Shown here piece by piece: positions 31,364 to 40,783 of a DNA stretch of 64,000 bases (position 1 is the stretch's first letter; each line of letters begins with the position of its first letter). The stretch is taken from assembly GCA_965214605.1 (NCBI GenBank), contig OZ243961.1, positions 1,760,001 through 1,824,000 on the forward strand. Reading direction: 5' to 3'. This DNA is from an uncultured Candidatus Binatia bacterium (GTDB taxonomy: Bacteria; Desulfobacterota; Binatia; Bin18). The position numbers and the translations under genes were made by a program. Under the pieces are notes generated by a model. The model was not told where the DNA came from. It saw only the letters and a list, made by a program, of their open reading frames with translations, and ran no database searches.

Positions 31364-32500
31364 ATGTCGAACAATCTATCTTTATTTCCTGAGATGATTG
31401 TTGATGTGCCTTCAACGCAAGGAATTAAGTACGCTGGATCAAAGTTGAAGCTACTGCCATATATTCTCGACTTAGTAAGACAAACCGGAGCAAAAACGGT
31501 ACTAGACGGTTTCTCTGGTTCAACGCGGGTATCCCAAGCATTTGCGAAATCCGGATATAGGGTCATTTGTAATGACATTGCCGTTTGGTCGGAAGTTTTT
31601 GCAAAATGTTACCTTCAAAACCAGCGTCTGGAGAATGAATACGCGACCCTAATTCGATGCTTAAATGAAGTGCCACCTAAGGATGGTTGGTTCACGGAAC
31701 ACTACGGCGGCGAACGAAACGGTGGTAATGCAATTCAATCTGACGGCTTGAAGAAACCATGGCAGATTCATAATACAAGAAAGCTCGATGGTATTCGGGA
31801 AGAGATTGATAGATTATCGCTGTCCCCGATAGAGCAAGCGGTCGCACTGACTAGTCTTATCCTGGCATTGGATCGAGTAGACAATACGATAGGACATTTT
31901 GTATCTTACTTGAGTGCATGGTCTCCCCGATCATACAATGATCTGGTTCTTCAAGTGCCAAAGATGTTTCTTACGAATCAGAAGAACGAGGTAATAAGAG
32001 CAGACGTGTTTGAGATTTGTGGTAGCGACGCAGATCTGGCCTACTTCGATCCACCATACGGTTCCAACAACGAGAAAATGCCACCGTCGCGTGTTCGATA
32101 TGCTTCGTACTACCATTTGTGGACTACCGTATGTTTGAATGACTTTCCCGACTTGTTCGGGAAGGCGAAGCGGCGAATCGACACATCGGACAAGGTGGCG
32201 AGTTCGGTGTTTGAGGAATTCAAACGGAATCATCGCACGGGACGGTTTGTTGCGGTAGAGGCTGTAGAACGGTTGATTCAATCCACTGCGGCTCGTTGGG
32301 TGATCTTGTCGTATAGTTCTGGGGGGCGTGGTACAGCGGAGGAGATCAACCAAGTGCTATCTGAAAGCGGTAAGGTGGTTGATGTCATTAAGGTGGACTA
32401 TAAGCGTAATGTTATGGCTGGGATGAAGTGGACCCACGAGTGGCTACGCGAAACGGAATCTCCAAACTATGAGTTCTTGTTCCTGATAGATAAGAACTAG
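31364..32500 (+). CDS. DNA adenine methyltransferase (D12/alpha class)
   Basis: KYAGSK..L, VLDGFSGS, NDI, YFDPPY, LSYS, E.LF. Confidence 0.9.
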   Translation: MSNNLSLFPEMIVDVPSTQGIKYAGSKLKLLPYILDLVRQTGAKTVLDGFSGSTRVSQAFAKSGYRVICNDIAVWSEVFAKCYLQNQRLENEYATLIRCLNEVPPKDGWFTEHYGGERNGGNAIQSDGLKKPWQIHNTRKLDGIREEIDRLSLSPIEQAVALTSLILALDRVDNTIGHFVSYLSAWSPRSYNDLVLQVPKMFLTNQKNEVIRADVFEICGSDADLAYFDPPYGSNNEKMPPSRVRYASYYHLWTTVCLNDFPDLFGKAKRRIDTSDKVASSVFEEFKRNHRTGRFVAVEAVERLIQSTAARWVILSYSSGGRGTAEEINQVLSESGKVVDVIKVDYKRNVMAGMKWTHEWLRETESPNYEFLFLIDKN

Positions 32501-33237
32501 GGTGATTTGCGTTAGTTGGTCAGAAATTGACCGTCGCGGCATTAACCGTACAAGGTCAATTCGGAAATTGCAGGCCGTAAACTACGCTCCGTTGTCCGAA
32601 ATCAGTAAAAGGGGGTTTTGTGCCCAGCATTCAGGTGCCTATCGGGATGACCGTAGCATTGCTCTTGAATGGTCGCGCGAACTATGCTCGTGTCCTGAGA
32701 AAAGAAGCTCCTAAAACTCTCTGCGGTTGAATGCTAGGAGGAGCTCTTGAGCTTCTCAATCCGTTTGACCTCACCCTAGGCGGCAGTCTTAGGAATCTGG
32801 TTGATATGGACGAACTCACCCGCCACAAACTTGAAGATAGCTGTATAGCGGTTGTTGTGGGCTCTGAAAAACTCGCACCCTACGGCGTAGGTGTAGTCTT
32901 CTCCTTAGTAAAAGTCTTTGATGTTCCTGCTGACGTTGGCAGTCTTAGCTTCCGACGTTTACCAAATAACATTGTCGACGCGTGGACTCGACTCTGGTGG
33001 CCGTGGATGGGCCCCCACTCTGATTTATCCACGGCAGTCTGTAGCCCGGATTTCGCAAAAGCGACGGATGACATGGTGACGGGCGGCCTCTTCCGGCTTG
33101 CCCGTTATGTCCCGCCACTCGTTGCATGGGGAAATCCAGAGCCGATTCCCTTGTCCATGCAGCTTTTCAGCATCCGCGGGAAATGGCGCTGTCGATACGG
33201 CTCCGGGGGTTCCTGGTCTTTTTCGCTCTTGCCACGT

Positions 33238-33537
33238 TCAGCTGTCCTGTTTTGTCGGACCAACGGATGTTTCCCTGGCCGTTTCATTTTCCATATAGGC
33301 CCGCGCCGAGGAGAAGGACGAGACGCTGTAGGGCACGAGGAAAGTCAACCCAATTTTGGCCAATAAGCGTGGCGAGAGGTCAAGGCCGAGCAGCACGTCA
33401 TACTGGTTGATAACAGTTAGGATCGGTCCGACGATGGCCGCAACCTTTATCGCCCGAAGAACGGTTTCATGGCGGAACAGGTGGTAGATAAAGCGGCGCA
33501 GGGAACTTGCTCGACCGAACTGCAAGTCTTTAGCCAT
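33238..33537 (-). CDS. NrtS-family small membrane protein
   Basis: A.KVA.IVG.IL..INQ....LTFLVPY.VS family signature. Confidence 0.7.
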   Translation of the reverse strand: MAKDLQFGRASSLRRFIYHLFRHETVLRAIKVAAIVGPILTVINQYDVLLGLDLSPRLLAKIGLTFLVPYSVSSFSSARAYMENETARETSVGPTKQDS

Positions 33538-33642
33538 CCGGCCAGCCTCGGTTTGCCGTTGTTGCACGGGATCAAAAAAATCATTCAGGCACTTATTTGT
33601 CCAGACATTTGTTGATCTCGTAACGCGTCAGGTCATATTTTC

Positions 33643-33713
33643 TCTGACCCTAGCCCTCTCCCAAAAGGAGAGAAAACTTCCCCGAATGCGGGGCAGGCCC
33701 CCATGTCTCTCCG
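33643..33713. repeat. Degenerate REP-like intergenic palindromes
   Basis: ACCCTAGCCCTCTCCCAAAAGGAGAG and GGGGCAGGCCCCC; related motifs near 14450-14495 and 21714-21736. Confidence 0.4.
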
Positions 33714-33806
33714 TTGCCCCAAGTCCATGCCGGAGAAGCATTTGCCCGGTGCCGCGATGATTTGCTAGACGTAGCCCGAAGACGGAAGATCTCTTAGGAG
33801 GGACAT

Positions 33807-34562
33807 ATGAGTAGTGAACTTTTGGGTCAGACCGCCATTGTCACTGGTGGAGCCTCCGGAATTGGCCGGGCAACGGTCGCCGCACTGCTGAATGACGGGG
33901 CTGGGGTGGCGGTTCTCGACCGGGATGAGGCCGGCGCGGTTTCGTCGGCCGAACAGGGCGAAGGAGCGTTTGCTCTGCCCATTGATCTGGCCGATACGGC
34001 CCGAATTTCAGGCGCGGTTGCCCATGTGGTTGAGCGATTGGGAAAAGTTGACCTGCTGGTCAACTGCGCCGGAGTCACTGGACGCTTTCAGAGCCTGCTC
34101 GATATGGAAGAAGACAACTGGGACTTTGTCCTGACGGTGAACCTGAAGGCGGTCATGCTGATGATGAAGTACGTCGCCAAACATATGATCGAGCGGGGTG
34201 GCGGAGGACGGATTGTGAATATCAGCTCCAGCTCGGCCTTCCGCGCCCGTCAGTCGCCCATCGCCTATGCCGGCTCCAAAGCCGCCCTTGTCCAGCTCAC
34301 CCGCAGCGCGGCTGCTGAGTTGGGCCCGCACAATATCAACGTCAATGCGGTCGCGCCTGGAATCACCGCGACCGGAATGACCCAGGTAATCGGTGACGCC
34401 GCAGCCCTGGAGAAGGTTGCTTCCAGCGGCCCCTTGGAGAACTTATTCCACCGAGTCTCACAGCCGGAAGATGTGGCGGCTGCGATTCTGTTTCTGTGTC
34501 AACCAGGGAGTCGACAGATCACGGGCCAAACGATTCATACCAGCGCCGGTGCGGTGGTGTAG
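33807..34562 (+). CDS. SDR family oxidoreductase
   Basis: TGGASGIG, NCAG, NISS, YAGSK, NAVAPG. Confidence 0.95.
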   Translation: MSSELLGQTAIVTGGASGIGRATVAALLNDGAGVAVLDRDEAGAVSSAEQGEGAFALPIDLADTARISGAVAHVVERLGKVDLLVNCAGVTGRFQSLLDMEEDNWDFVLTVNLKAVMLMMKYVAKHMIERGGGGRIVNISSSSAFRARQSPIAYAGSKAALVQLTRSAAAELGPHNINVNAVAPGITATGMTQVIGDAAALEKVASSGPLENLFHRVSQPEDVAAAILFLCQPGSRQITGQTIHTSAGAVV

Positions 34563-34608
34563 GGGCCGGTTCCATGACCGGCGTCAGGCTTCTCATAGCC
34601 TCGACGCC
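34559..34608. terminator. GTAG-type REP hairpin / bidirectional terminator between convergent genes
   Basis: GTAGGG-GCCGGT-TCCATG-ACCGGC and GGCGTCAGGCT-TCTCAT-AGCCTCGACGCC. Confidence 0.5.
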
Positions 34609-34644
34609 GTGGTCCTCCTGTGAAGCGCTACGTTTGCGCCTGAC

Positions 34645-35517
34645 CTACACCTGCCGGGAGCGTTCCACAATCGGGGCCAAGCTTTTGACCGCTTCCACCC
34701 CGCTGCCGGTGGCCGCGCTCCACGCCAGAACCACCACCCGACTCAGGCCGGCGTCTTCATACGCTTTCATCGTCTCGACCGTTGGCCCGTTCTCCTGGGG
34801 CATGAGCAGGGTCGAAAACTCTAGACGGTCCGGATCGCGGCCGGCTTCCTTGGTCAGACGTTTGATTTCGGGAATCGACTCTGCGGCCTGCTCGGGACTC
34901 AGATTGCCCGGACACCAACCGTCGGCGTACTGGGCCACCCGCTTGACGGCATATTTGGGATCGTGCGCACCGAGCAAAATCGGCGGATACGGCTTCTGGA
35001 CCGGTTTGGGGAAGAGTTTAACCGGCGGGAATTTGACAAATTCGCCCTCATAGCTGCTCTCGTCCGTGCTCCACAACTCACGTAGGGCTTCGACCGATTC
35101 CCGAAGATGTTTCCAGCGTCTCTTGAAGTTGACCCCCATAATTTCGGCCTCTTCCGGAAACCAGCCCGCTCCCGCCCCAAGAATCACACGCCCGTCCGAA
35201 TACAGATCAAGGGTGGCAACCGCCTTGGCGGTCGTGATGGTATCGCGTTCCGGTAGCAGACAGATGCCGGTTCCTAATTTGATCGTGCGAGTTGCCTGAG
35301 CCGCGGCAGCCAGGGCAACAAACGGATCGGCCAGGTGGGCGTAGAACTCCGGAACCTTGCCGTCGGGCGAGCGGGGATAATAGGTCGTATAGGTAGCCGG
35401 GATGACCAGATGCTCGGCTACCCAAAACGACTCAAAGCCGATATCTTCAGCTGTCCGGGCAATGGCCCCCGGTTCACCGGACTGCTCTGTCAGAAATACC
35501 GAAACACCGATTTTCAT
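34645..35517 (-). CDS. LLM-class (F420-type) oxidoreductase
   Basis: AE..GFES.WVAEH, DPFV.LAAAA, KLGTGI, AK.VATLD..S.GR, PKPVQ, ADGW. Confidence 0.92.
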   Translation of the reverse strand: MKIGVSVFLTEQSGEPGAIARTAEDIGFESFWVAEHLVIPATYTTYYPRSPDGKVPEFYAHLADPFVALAAAAQATRTIKLGTGICLLPERDTITTAKAVATLDLYSDGRVILGAGAGWFPEEAEIMGVNFKRRWKHLRESVEALRELWSTDESSYEGEFVKFPPVKLFPKPVQKPYPPILLGAHDPKYAVKRVAQYADGWCPGNLSPEQAAESIPEIKRLTKEAGRDPDRLEFSTLLMPQENGPTVETMKAYEDAGLSRVVVLAWSAATGSGVEAVKSLAPIVERSRQV

Positions 35518-35654
35518 GCCTGTTCCCTCCTTCACGCTGTCTTCTTCGCGTACACCTCATCCGGCGCGGCCAAGCCTAGCACAGTCGGACCAAAGCGGAG
35601 AAGAGGAAGAGGCGCGGTTTGTGTTGGCCGCAGGCCTCGGTTATAGTCTGGCCC

Positions 35655-36512
35655 ATGTTACAGGCTGGTGGAGTGACAATTCATTCTTTGAACGCGGGTT
35701 TTTGGTATGATGACGGCGGAGCCCAGTTCGGCATTGTCCCGCAAGAGCTGTGGGCTAGAGAAAAGCCGCCCAACGAGCGCAACCGAATCAAGATGAGTCT
35801 GACCTGTCCATTGATCATCTCTGGAAAAGATCTGATCCTGGTGGATACCGGAATCGGCAACCGTCTGAGCGAGCGCGAGGTTAAAATCTACTCTCCCGAA
35901 CCGGCCGACAAGCTGGTCAAAGCTTTACACGCGCTCGGCTTTGCTCCCCAGGATGTGACCCATGTAATTTTGTCACATCTGCGTTTCGATCACATTGGCG
36001 GGCTGATTGACAAGACTTCCCAAGGGGAGGTGAACCTGATTTTTAGCCAGGCTCGGGTCGTGATCCAGAAGGCCGAATGGGAGCTGGCCACCCACCCGAC
36101 AGACAAACGCTTGGCCGCAGCCTACCGGCATGCCCCAGAGTGCCTGAAGCCGCTCAAACGTGTTGAACTCATTGAGGGCGATTGGGCGGCTAACGACGAG
36201 GTCCGGACCTCGGTCTCGGGTGGTCACACGACTCCGCACCAATGCGCAATTGTTGAATCCGGTGGAACCGGATTGATTCATCTTGCCGACATCGTCCCGA
36301 CGACCTCGCATCTCCGGCCGGCCTGGAACGCGGCCTATGATACCGATCCGTTGACAACCATTGCGGCCAAGAAGCGCTTTTTTGCCGAGGCACGAGCCAA
36401 GAATCTGTGGGTGTCGTTCTCGCACGATGACACGATTGCGGCCGGTCGCTTCGCGCCCCGCGCGGACAAAAAATCCGAGTTGGCGGAAACCATACCGATT
36501 GCTGCGGCCTAG
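35655..36512 (+). CDS. MBL-fold metallo-hydrolase (YtnP-like)
   Basis: DGGA.FG.VP..LW, LVDTG.G, SHLRFDH.GG, GHT, AD, YD..P, F.HD. Confidence 0.88.
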   Translation: MLQAGGVTIHSLNAGFWYDDGGAQFGIVPQELWAREKPPNERNRIKMSLTCPLIISGKDLILVDTGIGNRLSEREVKIYSPEPADKLVKALHALGFAPQDVTHVILSHLRFDHIGGLIDKTSQGEVNLIFSQARVVIQKAEWELATHPTDKRLAAAYRHAPECLKPLKRVELIEGDWAANDEVRTSVSGGHTTPHQCAIVESGGTGLIHLADIVPTTSHLRPAWNAAYDTDPLTTIAAKKRFFAEARAKNLWVSFSHDDTIAAGRFAPRADKKSELAETIPIAAA

Positions 36513-36693
36513 AGAGAGGAGACTCCGGATTGGCCTGCTCCTTCCCAAATCGGGGTGATGTGATGGACGGTCCGACAGCCTACTTTGGGGGCGGCACCGC
36601 CGGAAGCGATGGGTGTTCTCCGGCGAATCGCCGGTCACGCGCTCACCGTAGGTTCGATTTTATGTGAAGCAGATACAGCAAGGAAACACAGGT

Positions 36694-37470
36694 ATGCCAA
36701 ACCTCACCCTCACAATCGCCGGTGTTCAGTTCCCGTTCTGTCTGATGAACGCCGCCGGGGCGCTTTCGACCAGTCGGGAAGAGTTGTTGGCTCTGGCCCA
36801 GTCCGAGAGCGGGGCGGTCGTGACCAAGTCGATTACGACCGCCCCGTTTGAAGATCCGGGTGCTCGGTGTGGTCTGGAAAATCCGGGCTACAGTGCCTAT
36901 ATCGAATATCTGCCCAAGCTCCTGCGTACGGGCAAGCCGGTCATTGCCAGCGTAGCCGGCTTTAGTGTAGCCGAATATATTGAAGTGGCCGGGGCGCTGG
37001 CCCGAGCCGGGGCCAGCCTGGTCGAGATGAATCTCAACGATCCCCATGTGCACAAGCATCTCAACCCATTTCGCTCAGCCGGCTTTCTGAGCGAGACGGT
37101 GGAGGCTGTGCGCCAGGCTGTATCAGCTCCGCTGGCAGTCAAGCTGCCTCCACGGATTCCTCTGCCGCTGGCTGAGGTGACGGCCGCCCTGCTCAAAGCC
37201 GCTGTCCCAGCCGCCGTCTGTCACAACGCCTTGATCGACGGTGGTCCGTCGCAGGCTCAGACCGTCCTATACGCCTCGGGCGGAAAACTCGATGTGATCG
37301 GAGTCGGCGGCGTGTCCACGGCCGCCGAGGCATTTGCCGTACTGCACGACGGAATCAGAGCGATTCAGCTGGGCTCAGCAGTGGTCAAAGAGGGAGTCGG
37401 CGTTTTTGCCCGACTGAAACACGAGATGGGGCGGGGCGGCCCGCCCCTCACCGTTGCGCCGGTCTGCTGA
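36694..37470 (+). CDS. Dihydroorotate-dehydrogenase-like FMN protein (divergent)
   Basis: MNAAG, VVTKSIT, GL.NPG, IASVAG, EMN, VKLPP, IGVGGV, IQLGSA. Confidence 0.75.
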   Translation: MPNLTLTIAGVQFPFCLMNAAGALSTSREELLALAQSESGAVVTKSITTAPFEDPGARCGLENPGYSAYIEYLPKLLRTGKPVIASVAGFSVAEYIEVAGALARAGASLVEMNLNDPHVHKHLNPFRSAGFLSETVEAVRQAVSAPLAVKLPPRIPLPLAEVTAALLKAAVPAAVCHNALIDGGPSQAQTVLYASGGKLDVIGVGGVSTAAEAFAVLHDGIRAIQLGSAVVKEGVGVFARLKHEMGRGGPPLTVAPVC

Positions 37471-37486
37471 GCAGCCGGGGGCTGGT

Positions 37487-38724
37487 ATGGTCTCCGCCAC
37501 AACGCTCCGCTTCAAGGGTTTTGTATTTGCCGACCTGTGCCAAGCATTGGCCGGACAGAATGAGGACAAGTCGGGCAATCGTTCGGTCGGGAGCGCAGCC
37601 CGGTCTAGAAGGGCTCACCGCCAAATGGGTCCCGGCCGACATTCCTCTGTCTGACGAGTTCGCCCAGTCGCTCATTGATCCAGCCCAGGACGCAGGCAGC
37701 CGCCCGCCCCGAGATAGCCCGGACCGCGAGGCTTTTCAAACGCCGGCCCATATGACCGCTGGCGAGTTTTGGAAATGTCTCCTTGACTGCGCAATGGAGC
37801 GGCGGGAACTCCAGCGCCCGCCCTGGGCCACTCCGCCCGTGGCCGTCAAGCTGATGAACAATAAAGATCTGGTGCTGACCGCCGGCAGGATTCGGGCTGT
37901 CACTCGCTGTCCGCGAAGCATGGACGGGCCAGGGTGCTGGGTATCCGTCTTCAGCCCAATCATCCAGCGATGACCTGGGGGGGATTCTTTTGTCAACTGT
38001 AGACAGCGTGCTGTGTGACTGTGGGGAGGCGGTTATTGGCGCCACCCCGCACGGTCCGTGCCGAGTGGTCAAAACCCATCGGAACTCCGACCCAGGTCCG
38101 TTGCCCGGCCCATATCTGTACTCAGCTGGCCAGCTTAGAGGGGCCCGCGCCAGTTGGACTGCTGCTCCGGTCGATTGCCGGGATCGGGGATTGCCAACGT
38201 CAGTTTTGACATTCCGCTTGAGCTGCTGCGTGAAGGACAACAACGGGCGTTGGGGCGGCATTGCCGGCGGGAGATGGAGTGAGTCAGAGAAAACGTGATG
38301 TATTTTGAAACCAGCTAGGGCAGTGTTCCGGTGGCCGATACCCACTCATTTCCGGTCAACAGCGTCGTCGGCTTTATCGGCCCCGAGTATCCGTCCGACG
38401 CAACCGGACTGCCTTAGACGACCATCTTATGGGCGAGCTGTTCGGCGATCTGCCTATGGGTTGCGATTGGTGCTGCATTTACTGTCCTGTGGCAGATCAG
38501 ATCTCAGTCAATAATCTGTGATTTTATGGACGTGCCGGGCGCGGACGACACCATGCTCACCTCTCAATCAGCCAGCTTGTACGATGCCCTTGGCCTGCCG
38601 CCGACTGTTCCAGATGACGCACGCCTCGGAGTTTCGAGTCTGGCTTGAGCAGGCCGATATCTTTCGCAGCCAGCAGCCCGACAACCCGACACGCCGGCAG
38701 CTCGTGCATGCGCAGGGGACTTGA
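37487..38724 (+). pseudogene. eutB: Ethanolamine ammonia-lyase large subunit, heavily degraded
   Basis: Fragments across frames: F.DL..ALA..NE.KSG, KLMNNKDL, RLQPNHP, GEAVIG..P, MYFET, VNSVVGFIGPEY, DDTML, EF..WLE. Confidence 0.8.
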
Positions 38725-38739
38725 GAGGAACCGCGCCTC

Positions 38740-38900
38740 ATGAAGCCTCCCGCTCAGCCAGCCCCCTGCCGGACAGAGCTCCGCCGAGCCGTCCGACAAC
38801 GGACGCCGGCCCACATCCTGTTGAGCAGCCCTGGTCTGACCTCTTATCGCAGCCGTTCCCAGCCTGTTCTGCACTGGCAGTACGCAACGGCTCTTGACTC
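38740..38900 (+). pseudogene. eutC: Ethanolamine ammonia-lyase small subunit, N-terminal relic
   Basis: RQRTPAHI...PG..SY......YATALDS resembles EutC TPARI..GRAG..Y....HA.A.DAV; follows eutB. Confidence 0.5.
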
Positions 38901-38935
38901 AGGACAGACCGGGACTAGGCTGGAGCAAGATTTTA

Positions 38936-39290
38936 TGCCCGACCTAGTCAAGCAGTGGGACTTGTTTATGGTAGCGTTCCGCGCCGAGACCAAGGCCGAT
39001 TACCCGGTGCGGACAGACCTGGTGCGGCGTCCGAGTCCACAAGCTCGAAAGCCTCCCCAGGAACGATGTCCCTGGGCCGGTCTACAAGCTGTAGTTGGTG
39101 ACAGCTTGTCGGTCACCGCGGTCAAAGCCAAGCAGCCGACGATTCTGGGCGAGCTAACGTTTTGGCCAGCTATTTGTGATTCGTCACTGTCGGGTGGAAG
39201 TGCTGAACGACACTGGCGAGACGCTGGAGTCTTGGGTTTATCGAATCGTGACACGACTGTTGGTTCTCTGCCGGAGGACTGGCAAACACT
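38936..39290 (+). pseudogene. Possible gamma-glutamylcyclotransferase relic
   Basis: LVYGS, ILGEL and RVEVLNDTGETLESWVY fragments in different frames. Confidence 0.35.
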
Positions 39291-39307
39291 CTGTTCAGGA
39301 GAAAGCT

Positions 39308-39976
39308 ATGGCTCGGCCCTTTCGTGCCGTCTTACGCGAGGCGAGTACCTCGGTGTGGGAGGCGATTTTTGCGCACCCTTTTCTCAAAGAGTTGGGTGAC
39401 GGAACCCTGGACCGTCAGCGGTTCCTGTTTTTTGTCCGTCAAGATGCTCTGTATCTTCAAGACTTTGCCCGTGTTCTGTGTTTGGGAGGAGCCAGGGCGG
39501 ACTCCTTAGAGACCCTTGATATGTTCGCCGAGCACGCGGCAACTGTTGTGCGGGTTGAACGCAGCTTGCATACCAGTTGGAGCGAAAAGCTGGGCATCTC
39601 CTCGCGTGAGCTGTCACGTACCGTCCGAGCGCCTATTACCCAAGCCTACACCCGGCATATGCTGGCCGTTGCGCAGGTGGGCAGCCTAGCCGAGATCGTG
39701 GCTACCATCTTACCCTGTTACTGGATTTATTGGGAAGTTGGCAAACGGCTTAAAACCCGGATGCCCACCGAGCCGCTGTACGCCGAGTGGATTCAGGCCT
39801 ATAGCGCCGAGGGTTTTGGGGCGCATGTGGAGCAACAGCTGGGGCTGATCGACCGTCTCGCCGCCGAGTGCACTGCGGCCGAGCGCGAAAAGATGATCGA
39901 ACACTTTGTCGACAGCAGCCGCTACGAATACCTATTCTGGAATCAGGCGTATCGTCAGGAGCAATGGCCGGTCTAG
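39308..39976 (+). CDS. tenA: Thiaminase II / TenA
   Basis: HPFL.EL.DGTL...F.F...QD..YL, AY..H, LPCYWIY, Y..WI..Y, E..FW. Confidence 0.92.
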   Translation: MARPFRAVLREASTSVWEAIFAHPFLKELGDGTLDRQRFLFFVRQDALYLQDFARVLCLGGARADSLETLDMFAEHAATVVRVERSLHTSWSEKLGISSRELSRTVRAPITQAYTRHMLAVAQVGSLAEIVATILPCYWIYWEVGKRLKTRMPTEPLYAEWIQAYSAEGFGAHVEQQLGLIDRLAAECTAAEREKMIEHFVDSSRYEYLFWNQAYRQEQWPV

Positions 39977-39995
39977 ACTCCGGCCCAGAGCGTGT

Positions 39996-40021
39996 GTAGG
40001 GAGCCTCACTTTGAGGTTTCC
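39996..40021. repeat. GTAG-headed hairpin (REP-like) after tenA
   Basis: GTAG-GGAGCCTCA-CTT-TGAGGTTTCC. Confidence 0.4.
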
Positions 40022-40049
40022 GGTTGATCACCTATTTGGCAGCGATTTG

Positions 40050-40560
40050 GAGCTCAGTCGTGGGCTCGGCTGTCACTGACGCACCCGCGTTCTGCAGTTG
40101 TGACGTTCCCTGAGAAGCAAACACCTTACATACTCCGTTCAGTCAGTTTAGGCGGCATGCCGCCGCCATAGCTGAGCACCGAGATCAGATGATCAGAGTC
40201 GACCTCGTCGCGTATGGCGTAGATCTGCTCTAAGCACTGACCTGGTGGGCCCACGATCCTACGGTTGATGAAGTCAGCGCCCGCCGGAGCCGGGGTGACG
40301 GATAATTTGGTCTTGGGTGCGGACCTCTTTGGCCACCGCGTCCTAGCCGTGCAGCGGGATGGCGACGAAGACGCCTGAGCCGGCTTGGCCATACGTTCTG
40401 CGGTGTCCGGGCTTCACGGCCGCATCGTACAGCCTCCGCTAGAGAGCTGAGTCGGTCGAGACCTCGGCGGCCCGGCTCGCAGTCAGAGCGAGCTGCCGGC
40501 ACCTCAAGAAGATCGCACACCGTGCCAATATTTGACCAAGGAGGTCTGGATGGGTAGTAT
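40050..40560 (-). pseudogene. Degraded LLM-class oxidoreductase fragment
   Basis: IVGPP.QC.EQI..IR......LI....YGGGMP....RSM, typical of an LLM C-terminus. Confidence 0.5.
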
Positions 40561-40783
40561 CCCGCGGATGAACAGGAGGCTGGATTGTGTTTGACTCACG
40601 TCAATCCGATCTGTCCTCCAAGAGCTGATGCGGGAGCGGAGTGGCAGGTCTTTCACGCAGAGAAGATTGCCGAGATTCGGGTCTGTTCTGCAAACCAACA
40701 TCTGGCACGTACACACAAGCCGATTTTAAATTCGCCGGGTTGGGACTATCCGGTCCTGAAACCCTGGCCGCCGAGAGGGTGTT

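Noticed and set aside
32731-33366. 211-aa plus-strand ORF
   Set aside because: No recognisable motif; it crosses a GC boundary and overlaps the NrtS-like gene antisense.
39000-39307. Expected TPP riboswitch upstream of tenA
   Set aside because: No CTGAGA / GAACCTGA..TAAT..GCGTAGG core was found.
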